From Candidatus Nealsonbacteria bacterium (lineage in GTDB: Bacteria; Patescibacteriota; Minisyncoccia; Minisyncoccales; MHMH01): 64,000 nt of DNA. Shown here piece by piece: positions 10,223 to 18,009 of this stretch. The stretch is taken from positions 141,197 to 205,196 of the forward strand of contig JACPGX010000001.1 in the NCBI GenBank assembly GCA_016188865.1, in the 5' to 3' direction. How positions within the stretch are numbered: position 1 is the first letter of the stretch; each line of letters opens with the position of its first letter. The notes beneath the pieces were generated by a model, which worked only from the letters and a program-made list of their open reading frames with translations, ran no database searches and was not told the origin of the DNA. The position numbers were made by a program, and so were the translations under genes.

Positions 10223-11224
10223 TTAAGAAAAATCTTTATCGTCAACCTCTTTCAGCAGGGAATATAAAATCTGGTTCTGTTTGGCATACTTGCAGTAAGA
10301 ACAAGCGTGATGAAATACCTGAAAATTATTTTTATAATAATTTTCTATCTCGCTTGCATGGCAAACTCTAAACTTTGTCTGCATGGTTCTATTGTTCTCA
10401 ATGGCCAGCTCTGACGAAGGACAGGCATAAACATAGCCGTCGGTGTATAAGAACGGTTTCCACATGTGCATCAAGCAAGCGTTATCTTCCCTGTCGAATA
10501 AATAAACATTGAAGTCCGAAAGATAAATATATTCGTGATTTTCGTATTTTTCAAGCTCTTTTTTGATTTGATTTATCTGGTTTTTTATGGCTTCCTTGGT
10601 TTGGATGCAATCCGGCGCCAATCTTGAAAGAATTTTATGCTTATTCGTAAATTCTATAACCCTGCCGATATTCTTGCATCCTATTTCTTGGGATACTATA
10701 TAACAAGCGGTGATTTTTGTTTTATCTTGCAGGTATTTTACGTTTTCCTCAAATTTTTTAATGCGGGCCTCGTCATCGCCGTCAAAAACATTCAAGGCAA
10801 CCCTGACCCACTGGAATTTTCCCCAATTTTCTTCCTTAACGTTGTCGATAGACAAGGCATTGGTATTCATGCCCAATTTCATTTTCTTTTCAGCTACGTA
10901 TTCTGTGGCCTCATTGATGTAATGATACAGGGTTGGCTCGCCTCCGCCCGTCCATTCAACAGCCCTAATCCCTAAATTGTAGCTCTGATCCAAGGCGCTC
11001 TTTAGCAATCCAAAATCCAAACTTATCGTTCTTTCTCTTTCGCTAAAACAGCAATGCGCGCAGTTTTGATTGCAAACATTAGTTGGAGCTATATGAATCA
11101 TTACCGGACTTACTCTCCCCTGCTGAATGGCTGCCATTTTATCAAGATGTTTAAACATTTTAACCTCATTTGAGGTCACGCTGTATATAGGAGGCGCTTT
11201 AAATGATTTTTCTATCTTAACCAT
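10223..11224 (-). CDS. Radical SAM enzyme
   Basis: CxxxCxxC in IAPTNVCNQNCAHCCF, followed by a GGGEPT-type motif (WTGGGEPTLY). Confidence 0.75.
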   Translation of the reverse strand: MVKIEKSFKAPPIYSVTSNEVKMFKHLDKMAAIQQGRVSPVMIHIAPTNVCNQNCAHCCFSERERTISLDFGLLKSALDQSYNLGIRAVEWTGGGEPTLYHYINEATEYVAEKKMKLGMNTNALSIDNVKEENWGKFQWVRVALNVFDGDDEARIKKFEENVKYLQDKTKITACYIVSQEIGCKNIGRVIEFTNKHKILSRLAPDCIQTKEAIKNQINQIKKELEKYENHEYIYLSDFNVYLFDREDNACLMHMWKPFLYTDGYVYACPSSELAIENNRTMQTKFRVCHASEIENYYKNNFQVFHHACSYCKYAKQNQILYSLLKEVDDKDFS

Positions 11225-11225
11225 A

Positions 11226-11951
11226 TTACTTCAAAAACCTTTTATTATTCTCGTGCCACTTGCTGTAAAGCTCGAGGAAAAAATTAATAGTCCTTGTGGT
11301 CTCAAGATGACCCGCCATTATCTTAAAAATAGATGGGGGAGCGGTCACAATGTGGGCACCGGCTAAAAAGCAATCAACCACGTCTTTGGGAGTCTTGATG
11401 CTGCCAACGATAATTTCCGTTTTGTTTCCTTCCAGTAATTTACGGCTATTGCGAATAACGGCAAAGGGATCTCCTCCCAGCTCTTTGATATGGCCGCAGA
11501 AAATCGAAAAATAAGCGGGGTTGGTGGAAGCGGCCATTGCCACTTGGGCTTCATTCATGCCCACTGTCACGTTAACCTTAATACCCGCGTCTTCAAGTTT
11601 TTTAATGATGCCCACTTCTCCCCAGCCGATAGGTACTTTAATGTTTAAATTATTATAATTAATCTGCTGGACGAATTCCTTGGCCTGCTCAAACATTTTT
11701 TCGGGGTCGGTTTCCGTAACCATTATGCTTATTGGCACCTCCTGACCGTATTTCTTGCATAATTCAGCCATTTTCTTAACATGATTCACGTAATCAACTT
11801 TCGGGCTTAAGGTCGGCATGGGTTCTTGGGCTATGATAACCGGGTTTGTGGTAATGCCTGACATAATTCCCAGCTTTAAGCCGTCTTCCAGCTCATTCAG
11901 GTTGGCCGTGTCCCAAAATAGCTTTGGATATTGTTTTTGAGAATTGCTCAT
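11226..11951 (-). CDS. Transaldolase / fructose-6-phosphate aldolase family protein (class I aldolase)
   Basis: FWDTANLNELEDG...GITTNPVI and NIKVPIGWGE (Schiff-base Lys context) match the short TalC/FSA-type transaldolases. Confidence 0.75.
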   Translation of the reverse strand: MSNSQKQYPKLFWDTANLNELEDGLKLGIMSGITTNPVIIAQEPMPTLSPKVDYVNHVKKMAELCKKYGQEVPISIMVTETDPEKMFEQAKEFVQQINYNNLNIKVPIGWGEVGIIKKLEDAGIKVNVTVGMNEAQVAMAASTNPAYFSIFCGHIKELGGDPFAVIRNSRKLLEGNKTEIIVGSIKTPKDVVDCFLAGAHIVTAPPSIFKIMAGHLETTRTINFFLELYSKWHENNKRFLK

Positions 11952-11958
11952 AGTATTT

Positions 11959-12735
11959 TTAATTATTATTAATTTTAATTCTTTCTTTTAATTCCGGCAT
12001 TTCAGCAAATTCGCTTTCTACTATAAAGCTGTCCGAATCTTCGTCGTGGGTGGAAGATTCAATTATCACGGGATTGTCCAGACCAGCGGCCTGATGCATC
12101 AACCCCGGAGTAATTTTAATCGTCTGGCCCGGCTCTAACACGTAATATCTGTCTTCGGCATTGTCAGCCCTCAAGCGCAGCAATAATTTACCCGAATGCA
12201 TAAAATAAGTTTCCGTCTTTTTGCAGTGGAAGTGCAAACCGTGGTGATTGCCGGTCTTGAAAAATATCTTCTTGCCGGTAAAGTCCCGATTAATAATCGT
12301 TTCTATTGAATTTTCGGCGTAATCCTTGTGGCGGATATCAAAAGTGGTTGCCTTTTTGATTGTTTTTTCTCTGTCTTTTTGAGGCCAACCGAAAAAAACG
12401 TAAAGAATGCTGTCTTTTCTCGTCTCTATGTTAGAATAATTGGGAAAAGCGCCCAAGGGCAAAAATAAAGTGTCTTCCGGAACCAAATTATATGCTCCTG
12501 CTTGAATTTCGCCTGATTCCAAATAAAATAATACTTCTCTGCCTTGATAATCTTTTGAATCTAAAATAGCGATTTTCCTCTGGCCAATAATAATCTGATC
12601 CATACCATAAATTTCTTCATTAACCGCTCGGCAAAAATAACCCCATGGCTTTTCCTGACGTTCGGGTTTAGAAATCTGCTTTTCAATATCGTCAAAACTA
12701 TAACCGTATTTATAAAGTTGTTTTTGCTGCGGCAT
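11959..12735 (-). CDS. Bicupin protein, type II phosphomannose-isomerase-like
   Basis: EKPWGYF (the RPWGxY-like motif of ManC-type cupin isomerases) and a second cupin core HHGLHFHCKKTETYFMHSGKLLLRL. Confidence 0.5.
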   Translation of the reverse strand: MPQQKQLYKYGYSFDDIEKQISKPERQEKPWGYFCRAVNEEIYGMDQIIIGQRKIAILDSKDYQGREVLFYLESGEIQAGAYNLVPEDTLFLPLGAFPNYSNIETRKDSILYVFFGWPQKDREKTIKKATTFDIRHKDYAENSIETIINRDFTGKKIFFKTGNHHGLHFHCKKTETYFMHSGKLLLRLRADNAEDRYYVLEPGQTIKITPGLMHQAAGLDNPVIIESSTHDEDSDSFIVESEFAEMPELKERIKINNN

Positions 12736-12742
12736 AATATAT

Positions 12743-13681
12743 TTATTTTATTGTATTTATCAGGTCCTGCTTCTTTGGGGGCTCGGTGCCTTGAACGGTA
12801 ACGGCCAAGGCTGCCCAGATATTGGCGATATTTAAACTCTCTTGAGGATATCTCCTATCTCCACAGCTAAAGGCCGCCAAAAAAGCGTCTCCAGCGCCGC
12901 AAGGGTCAACAACCTTTACTTTATAAGGCACGCTTTCAATATAGCTGCCGTTAAACAGGGCCCTGGCTCCTTTGGCCCCGAGTTTGATGACCACATTAGA
13001 TACGCCTAACTTATCTTTTATTTTATTAATATCAATCTTTGGGTCCACGGCCTTGGCCTCCCTTCTATTCAAAAACATGCAGTCAGCTCCCTTGTAAAGA
13101 TGGTGCTTGCCCGGCTTATAGCCGATCTGAGAATCCACATATAAGGGTTTATGATATTGCTTGCTTAATTTTATCAAGTTATCAATTAAATTCTTGGTTA
13201 AAAGGCCGTGCTGATTATCGGCAACCACCGCTAAATCAGCTTCTTTGATAAGCGGCTTTATGGCATTGATTAATTTTTTCTCAATATCAGAATTAATTTC
13301 CCCGTCGGTCACTTGATTCAGCCAGAGCATTTTCTTCCCATCTGCAAAAATTCTGGATTTTGTGGTCGTTTTGCGGTCTTTATCAACTATAAAAAACTTT
13401 TTTAATTTTGGGCGGACAAAATCATTATAATATTCGGCATTCTTATCTGCTCCCATAACAGAAACAAAGAAAACTTTTGCCCCAAATTCCAGCATATTGG
13501 CTGCCACTAAACTGGCTCCTCCAAATGTCCGGAAAACATCTATTTCTTTAACTTGCGGCACTAGGGGGTAGTCAAGGTCTTTACCGACTTTTCTCCCATA
13601 AATATAAGCATCTATAATGGTGTCGCCTACTAGCAATACTTTTTTGTCTTTAAATGATTTTATGATATCTAATTTATCCAT
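12743..13681 (-). CDS. PfkB-family sugar kinase, RfaE/HldE domain I-like (heptose-7-phosphate kinase candidate)
   Basis: VLLVGDTIIDAYIYG at the N-terminus and DPCGAGDAFLAAF at the C-terminus (PfkB signature). Sits next to the adenylyltransferase gene. Confidence 0.7.
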   Translation of the reverse strand: MDKLDIIKSFKDKKVLLVGDTIIDAYIYGRKVGKDLDYPLVPQVKEIDVFRTFGGASLVAANMLEFGAKVFFVSVMGADKNAEYYNDFVRPKLKKFFIVDKDRKTTTKSRIFADGKKMLWLNQVTDGEINSDIEKKLINAIKPLIKEADLAVVADNQHGLLTKNLIDNLIKLSKQYHKPLYVDSQIGYKPGKHHLYKGADCMFLNRREAKAVDPKIDINKIKDKLGVSNVVIKLGAKGARALFNGSYIESVPYKVKVVDPCGAGDAFLAAFSCGDRRYPQESLNIANIWAALAVTVQGTEPPKKQDLINTIK

Positions 13682-13688
13682 TTATTGT

Positions 13689-14096
13689 TTATTTTTTGCT
13701 TATTTTTTTAATAATATTGGTTGTTGAATAATCTCCCAAATGCGGGCAAAATCTAATCTCAACATCTTCTGGCAATCCATCTATTTTCCTAACTTCTTCC
13801 GGAGTATATCCCTCTGCTCCTTTAACCACAATATTAGGTTTTATTTTCTTGACTATATTTCCGGCTCTCAACTCATCAAAAATCACCACCTCGTCCACAA
13901 AACGCAAAGATTCTAAAAGTGCCTTTCGGTCTTCTTGGCTGTTAATGGGCCGGCCTTCTCCTTTCAGCATCTTAATAGTTTTGTCGGAATTAATGCCCAC
14001 AATCAGCTTATCGCCTAAAGACTTGGCGAATTTTAATACTTCAAGGTGCCCTCGATGCAAAATGTCAAAACATCCGTTAGTAAAAACAACTACCAT
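13689..14096 (-). CDS. Cytidylyltransferase-fold nucleotidyltransferase, RfaE/HldE domain II-like (heptose-1-phosphate adenylyltransferase candidate)
   Basis: VVFTNGCFDILHRGHLEVLKFAK carries the (H/T)xGH motif. 135 aa is the typical size. Confidence 0.8.
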   Translation of the reverse strand: MVVVFTNGCFDILHRGHLEVLKFAKSLGDKLIVGINSDKTIKMLKGEGRPINSQEDRKALLESLRFVDEVVIFDELRAGNIVKKIKPNIVVKGAEGYTPEEVRKIDGLPEDVEIRFCPHLGDYSTTNIIKKISKK

Positions 14097-14347
14097 TTTT
14101 CAAGTATTTTTTTAGCTTTATCTTTAAACTTCTTGTAGGTATAGTACACTTCATTTTCAACATGCGGCGAAACCAATCTTAAAATTTCAGCGCCCCAAAT
14201 GCGATATTGACCTCCGACCTTGTAAGCTTTAATGATTCCTTTTTTCAGCAATCTCTTGGAAGTGCTGTCCGATATCTTCAAAAAATCCCTAGCTTCGGCA
14301 GTCGTATAAATTTGATTTGGTTTTATTTCTTCTTGATTTATGGGCAT
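14090..14347 (-). CDS. Small excisionase-family helix-turn-helix DNA-binding protein
   Basis: YTTAEARDFLKISDSTSKRLLKKGIIKAYKVGGQYRIWGAEI fits the excisionase/MerR-type HTH pattern. It is the first gene after a consensus promoter and overlaps the next gene by 7 nt. Confidence 0.65.
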   Translation of the reverse strand: MPINQEEIKPNQIYTTAEARDFLKISDSTSKRLLKKGIIKAYKVGGQYRIWGAEILRLVSPHVENEVYYTYKKFKDKAKKILEKW

Positions 14348-14364
14348 ATTATAATTCTATTTCC

Positions 14365-14393
14365 ATTGTAGAAAGACCAAGCAAGGGTGTCAA
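14365..14393 (-). promoter_or_regulatory. Sigma-70-type promoter, TTGACA-17-TACAAT
   Basis: The minus strand reads TTGACACCTATTGACACCCTTGCTTGGTCTTTCTACAATGG. The -35 is at 14388-14393 and the -10 at 14365-14370. A duplicate TTGACACC lies 10 nt upstream. The -10 is 17 nt from the ATG of the HTH gene. Confidence 0.6.
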
Positions 14394-14474
14394 TAGGTGT
14401 CAAAACGGTTCAAAAACAAAGAGGCGAGTTATCTTAACCTGCCCCTTAAAGTTTTAAAGTATTTATTTCTACGG

Positions 14475-14692
14475 CTAGTTTCTTTCCGAAAAGTACTTAC
14501 GCACGAGAATGATGTCACAGATAATATTAGCCAGCACATTAGTCGCGATTACCTCGTAGAGGCCGTTCCAAACACCATACAGCGTCCAGATGATACTACC
14601 GTCACCCAGCCGAGTATTTCTCTTAACGGGGGCATAACTATCGCTGCTATTATCAAGACCGCCAGAGCAACAGCAACTATCGCGATGGTCAT
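14475..14692 (-). pseudogene. Possible frameshifted small multi-pass membrane protein gene (PQ-loop/SemiSWEET-like remnant?)
   Basis: Frame A from the ATG at 14692 gives MTIAIVAVALAVLIIAAIVMPPLREILGW... and stops at 14549. A second frame reads ...GSIIWTLYGVWNGLYEVIATNVLANIICDIILVRKYFSERN, stops at 14475-14477 and has no start of its own. Together they look like one gene split by a frameshift. Confidence 0.3.
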
Positions 14693-14781
14693 TCTTGCCG
14701 AGGAAGAAAATACCAATCGAATATCAATTTTCGGTCTCTCAATGGAATACTTTGTCGCTAAAATCGCGATGCAGTTAGACG

Positions 14782-14806
14782 ATGTTAGACGTCCGACGTC
14801 TAACAT
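14782..14806. repeat. 25-bp perfect palindrome (REP-like hairpin), copy 1
   Basis: ATGTTAGACGTC-C-GACGTCTAACAT. It is preceded by a partial direct copy, GTTAGACG, at 14774-14781. Confidence 0.9.
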
Positions 14807-14809
14807 CTA

Positions 14810-15496
14810 TTATTCCAAGAGAAAATCCTTGGTGATTATTTTTTTTGGCTTAAGCTTTGCTGTGCTCGTTTTTATAAATTTATAATAACTATTATTATCA
14901 GAGAATTGATTGAGGATAATGTCTGGTTTTAAAAGTTCACCCCAGCGATTATTTTTGACTAAATCTTGACAGCTTGACCATGGATATTTTTCTTCTTTGT
15001 CTTTCCATGCTTCTAATGCTCTTGGATTACGATGGATATATGCTGAAAGATAGAGAAGTTGTTCATCTGTTTCTACTGGAATGGCCCGGAAAGCGCCCTG
15101 GAAAAGATGACCATGTTTTTTATATTTTGTGTTGAAATATTTTGCGTAGCCAGTTTGTATTCTTTGGAGATAATGTGAGATGCCATTACTGTTATCGGTT
15201 TTTTCTTGGACTAAAAGATGAAAATGATTTGGCATAACGGTAAATATATTCAATTCTACAATTCTTTTATCCGCAATTTGGCGTACAGTCTCCTCGGGTA
15301 TATTGAATTGCGAATACTTAAGAAAATATGAACTTTGACGGCCGATATTATAGAAAGATAACGGAGCTTGATACGCAAAAATAAAAAAGAGAAAACGGCT
15401 GTAATCTCTTTCGTCAATAAATATTGCTGATTCGTCGTTGCTGCGATTACAAATATGGTAATAGTTATTTTGCGCAAATTTAAATTTCCTTATCAT
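14810..15496 (-). CDS. IS200/IS605-family Y1 (HUH) transposase, RAYT-like
   Basis: YYHICNRSNDESAIFIDERDYSRFL, HUH motif in MPNHFHLLV, GHLFQGAFRA, and the Tyr region YIHRNP. The start is moved to the ATG at 15496 (MIRKFKF...). The tracked start at 15535 lies inside the palindrome. Confidence 0.8.
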   Translation of the reverse strand: MIRKFKFAQNNYYHICNRSNDESAIFIDERDYSRFLFFIFAYQAPLSFYNIGRQSSYFLKYSQFNIPEETVRQIADKRIVELNIFTVMPNHFHLLVQEKTDNSNGISHYLQRIQTGYAKYFNTKYKKHGHLFQGAFRAIPVETDEQLLYLSAYIHRNPRALEAWKDKEEKYPWSSCQDLVKNNRWGELLKPDIILNQFSDNNSYYKFIKTSTAKLKPKKIITKDFLLE

Positions 15497-15509
15497 GATT
15501 ATAATATAA

Positions 15510-15536
15510 CATGTTAGACGTCCGACGTCTAACATG
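15510..15536. repeat. 27-bp perfect palindrome (REP-like hairpin), copy 2
   Basis: CATGTTAGACGTC-C-GACGTCTAACATG. Its inner 25 bp are identical to 14782-14806. Confidence 0.9.
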
Positions 15537-15540
15537 TTCT

Positions 15541-16845
15541 CTATCTGGTTTTCCGGGCGCTTTCTTTGTCTAAGTTATACATTTCATCGTACAAATTGCT
15601 TTTGGTGATTTTATAAAAATCCTCCATAGTGCAGTCGGTTTCCATCAGCTCCTCCCCCATTTCATAGCCCCTTGGCAAATGAGCCAAAATAGTAAAGACT
15701 TTATTCAAAACGGCTATCTGTTTTTTCCTTTTTTCCGGAAAATTTAAAACGGAATGACTGAATAAATTATCGGCAATATCGTCGTTGTTGCCGTCATAAT
15801 ATCCTTCCTTGGCGCAAAATTCGCCTATGGGAGTTCCTCGAAGCGGTGAAAAAATTGACGTCCAAGCAACCAGAGGATTTATCTGACAATTCATTTTAAG
15901 CAGATCGAGGTCATCCTGAATGGTCGTAGTAGGAAGGCCCAGCATCTGCTGGGTCCTGAAAGTTATGCCGTATTTTCTTAAAACTTCTATGCCGGCGAAT
16001 ATCTGCTCGTTGGTCATATGCCTATTGAGCAGCTCTTTCCTTATTTTCTCGCTGGCTGATTCTATGGAAAAGGTCACGCTCAAGCAGCCTGCTTCCTTAA
16101 AAAGCTTTATTCTCTCATCGGTAGCAAGCTCTATGCGTATATTGCAGTGGAAAGGAAGGTTAATTTCTCTTTTGTATCTTTCGGTAAACTCTTTCATCCA
16201 TTCCAAATTAACGCCAAACGTATCATCCTCAAAAGCGATTAACTTCAAGGGATACTTCAATAGGGTCTTGCATTCTTTTATGACGGAATCTACCGGCCTC
16301 GGATTATATCTATAATTCGTAAATTCTTTCTGAACGATCGAGTTGTAGCAATAAGTGCACTGATAGGGGCAGCAAAAACCGGTGATGATGTTTTTGATGG
16401 GATTATTTCTCCTTTTTTCATTTTGATAAAACGTTTCCCTGCTCGATATGAATAAATCTTGGGGAGCTATGCTTTCCGAATAAATGCCTCCATCCTTTAT
16501 TTCTCCTTCGACTATTTTAAGCAAAATTCTCTCGCCAAAACCCCTGACTACAAAATCGGCATGCTTTTTGCATTCCTCGGAAAATGAAATGGTATATGGT
16601 CCGCCGATGACTATTTTTGCCTTATTTCTTATCTGGTCGGCTATCTTAAGCATTTGGTTGTGAGAGCCGGCTAAAATGCTGAAGCCCACGAAATCATAAC
16701 TTCCAAAATTAAAATTTTGCCTTTCTAAAGATTGGTAGTCGCTTATATCAACCTGGTGTCCCCTCTGTTGGAGATAATCAGTCAGGACCAAAATGCCCAA
16801 GGGTTCTACGACCGTATAATTATAAATTAATAATATTTTTTTCAT
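15541..16845 (-). CDS. Radical SAM enzyme with cobalamin-binding-type N-terminal domain (class B-like)
   Basis: CxxxCxxC in GFCCPYQCTYCYN. The N-terminal MKKILLIYNYT...FVGFSILAGSH...VIGGPY region is typical of B12-binding radical SAMs. Confidence 0.7.
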   Translation of the reverse strand: MKKILLIYNYTVVEPLGILVLTDYLQQRGHQVDISDYQSLERQNFNFGSYDFVGFSILAGSHNQMLKIADQIRNKAKIVIGGPYTISFSEECKKHADFVVRGFGERILLKIVEGEIKDGGIYSESIAPQDLFISSRETFYQNEKRRNNPIKNIITGFCCPYQCTYCYNSIVQKEFTNYRYNPRPVDSVIKECKTLLKYPLKLIAFEDDTFGVNLEWMKEFTERYKREINLPFHCNIRIELATDERIKLFKEAGCLSVTFSIESASEKIRKELLNRHMTNEQIFAGIEVLRKYGITFRTQQMLGLPTTTIQDDLDLLKMNCQINPLVAWTSIFSPLRGTPIGEFCAKEGYYDGNNDDIADNLFSHSVLNFPEKRKKQIAVLNKVFTILAHLPRGYEMGEELMETDCTMEDFYKITKSNLYDEMYNLDKESARKTR

Positions 16846-16862
16846 CTTTTAACCATAACAAA

Positions 16863-17897
16863 TTATTTTGTTCTGAACAAGACAAAATCTCTAGCGGCAT
16901 TAAAAACATTTTCCGGAGTGATTCCTTGAAGCTGATTAGCCAGCCAGCTCTTGCGAGCGGAATCCATAGCGTCGGTAAATGAATACAAATCGCTATTTTT
17001 TTGGGGTAAAATTATGGAATTTTTACCCGTCGGAGACTGCTCCCTGAAATCAAGGCAGCCGCCAATGTTAATTACGGGCGTCTGCACCGCATTGGCGATA
17101 TAAAGAGGTCCTGTATCTACGCTGATAAATAAGCTTAATTTTTTAAGTAAAGCCGGCAATTCGGAAAGCGCAAAACAACCTGCGGAATTAACGCTGCCGC
17201 CCACCATTAAATCTCGAACCCTTTCAATCGCCGGCTGGTCATTGGAGCCGCCGATAAAAATTATTTTAGCTTCCAGCTCTTTTGTCAATCTGTCGGAAAC
17301 TAAGGCAAATCTGCTATCTCCCCAATTTTTAAATCCGACTCCGGCAGTAACGCTAATGCCCACCAATAAATCCTCACTGCTTAAATTTTGCCTGCCTAAA
17401 AAATCCAAAGCTTTCTTCTCTTCTCTTTCACCCCAAAAAAGCTCTTTCTCGTCAGAACCGTCTTTAACACCGATGAATTTTAATAAATTCAGATAATGGC
17501 CCATAAGCCATGTATGGCTTTTGTATTCCAAACGATAATTATTAAAAACGGAGAGAAGCTGGGTTATTCGCCCGGCTTTCCTATGCGTGGTCGCCACCCT
17601 GCTGGGAATCAAGGACCAAAAAGCAATAATATTATTAAAGGAACCGAGCAATAAATTGAACGCCCAATCATATCTTTCTTCTTTTAATTTTTTAATAAGC
17701 CCGAACCTCGAATAATCGTTAATTATTATTATCTCATCTAAATGCGGATTATATTTCAAAAGATCGTGAGTTTGATGAGTAACTAAGGCTGCAAGATGGG
17801 AATCGGGAAATTTCTTTTTAATTTCCCGAAAAACCGGCGTTGTGCAAACTATGTCCCCTATTTTAGCGGTAGAAATAACCAATATTTTGAGATTCAT
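16863..17897 (-). CDS. Glycosyltransferase family 9 (heptosyltransferase-like)
   Basis: MNLKILVISTAKIGDIVCTTPVFREIKKKFP and ISVDTGPLYIANAVQTPVINI match the GT9 pattern. The start is moved to the ATG at 17897. The tracked 36-aa extension is encoded by a GC-rich hairpin. Confidence 0.7.
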   Translation of the reverse strand: MNLKILVISTAKIGDIVCTTPVFREIKKKFPDSHLAALVTHQTHDLLKYNPHLDEIIIINDYSRFGLIKKLKEERYDWAFNLLLGSFNNIIAFWSLIPSRVATTHRKAGRITQLLSVFNNYRLEYKSHTWLMGHYLNLLKFIGVKDGSDEKELFWGEREEKKALDFLGRQNLSSEDLLVGISVTAGVGFKNWGDSRFALVSDRLTKELEAKIIFIGGSNDQPAIERVRDLMVGGSVNSAGCFALSELPALLKKLSLFISVDTGPLYIANAVQTPVINIGGCLDFREQSPTGKNSIILPQKNSDLYSFTDAMDSARKSWLANQLQGITPENVFNAARDFVLFRTK

Positions 17898-17927
17898 CCC
17901 GCCTTCGCCCTTCGGGCTTCGGCGGGC
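17898..17927. repeat. GC-rich imperfect hairpin directly upstream of the GT9 start codon
   Basis: CCCGCCTTCGCCCTTCGGGCTTCGGCGGGC. It shares its first 10 nt, CCCGCCTTCG, with 54965-54998. Confidence 0.6.
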
Positions 17928-18009
17928 AAGCAAAAAATACAGCCAAGGAGCGAAAAAATAAGTCAAAAACAGCCAAAAAAAATTATTGAAATAAGCCTTT
18001 AGCAAGTGT

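Larger units (their letters stand above)
14782..15536 (-). mobile_element. IS200-like / REP-associated tyrosine transposase (RAYT) unit bounded by two identical palindromes
   Basis: The Y1 HUH transposase gene is flanked 3 nt after its stop and 14 nt before its ATG by ATGTTAGACGTCCGACGTCTAACAT (14782-14806 and 15511-15535). The central C is on the + strand in both copies. Confidence 0.75.

Noticed and set aside
14397-14885. A 162-aa plus-strand ORF spans the gap next to the RAYT, and an 85-aa minus-strand ORF at 14549-14806 starts MLDVGRLT.
   Set aside because: The plus ORF crosses the palindrome and the 3' end of the transposase and has no recognisable features. The MLDVGRLT start is simply the ATG contained in the palindrome, and the same artefact creates the tracked start of the RAYT ORF at 15535.
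17898-18005. Tracked N-terminal extensions of the GT9 gene. Similar extensions occur at 22841-22909 (rfbB), 58972-58992 and 63613-63660 (dgkA).
   Set aside because: Family-typical N-termini begin at internal ATGs. The extensions are encoded by a GC-rich hairpin, by the end of the upstream gene, by sequence 5' of a clear SD, or by a terminator hairpin, respectively.
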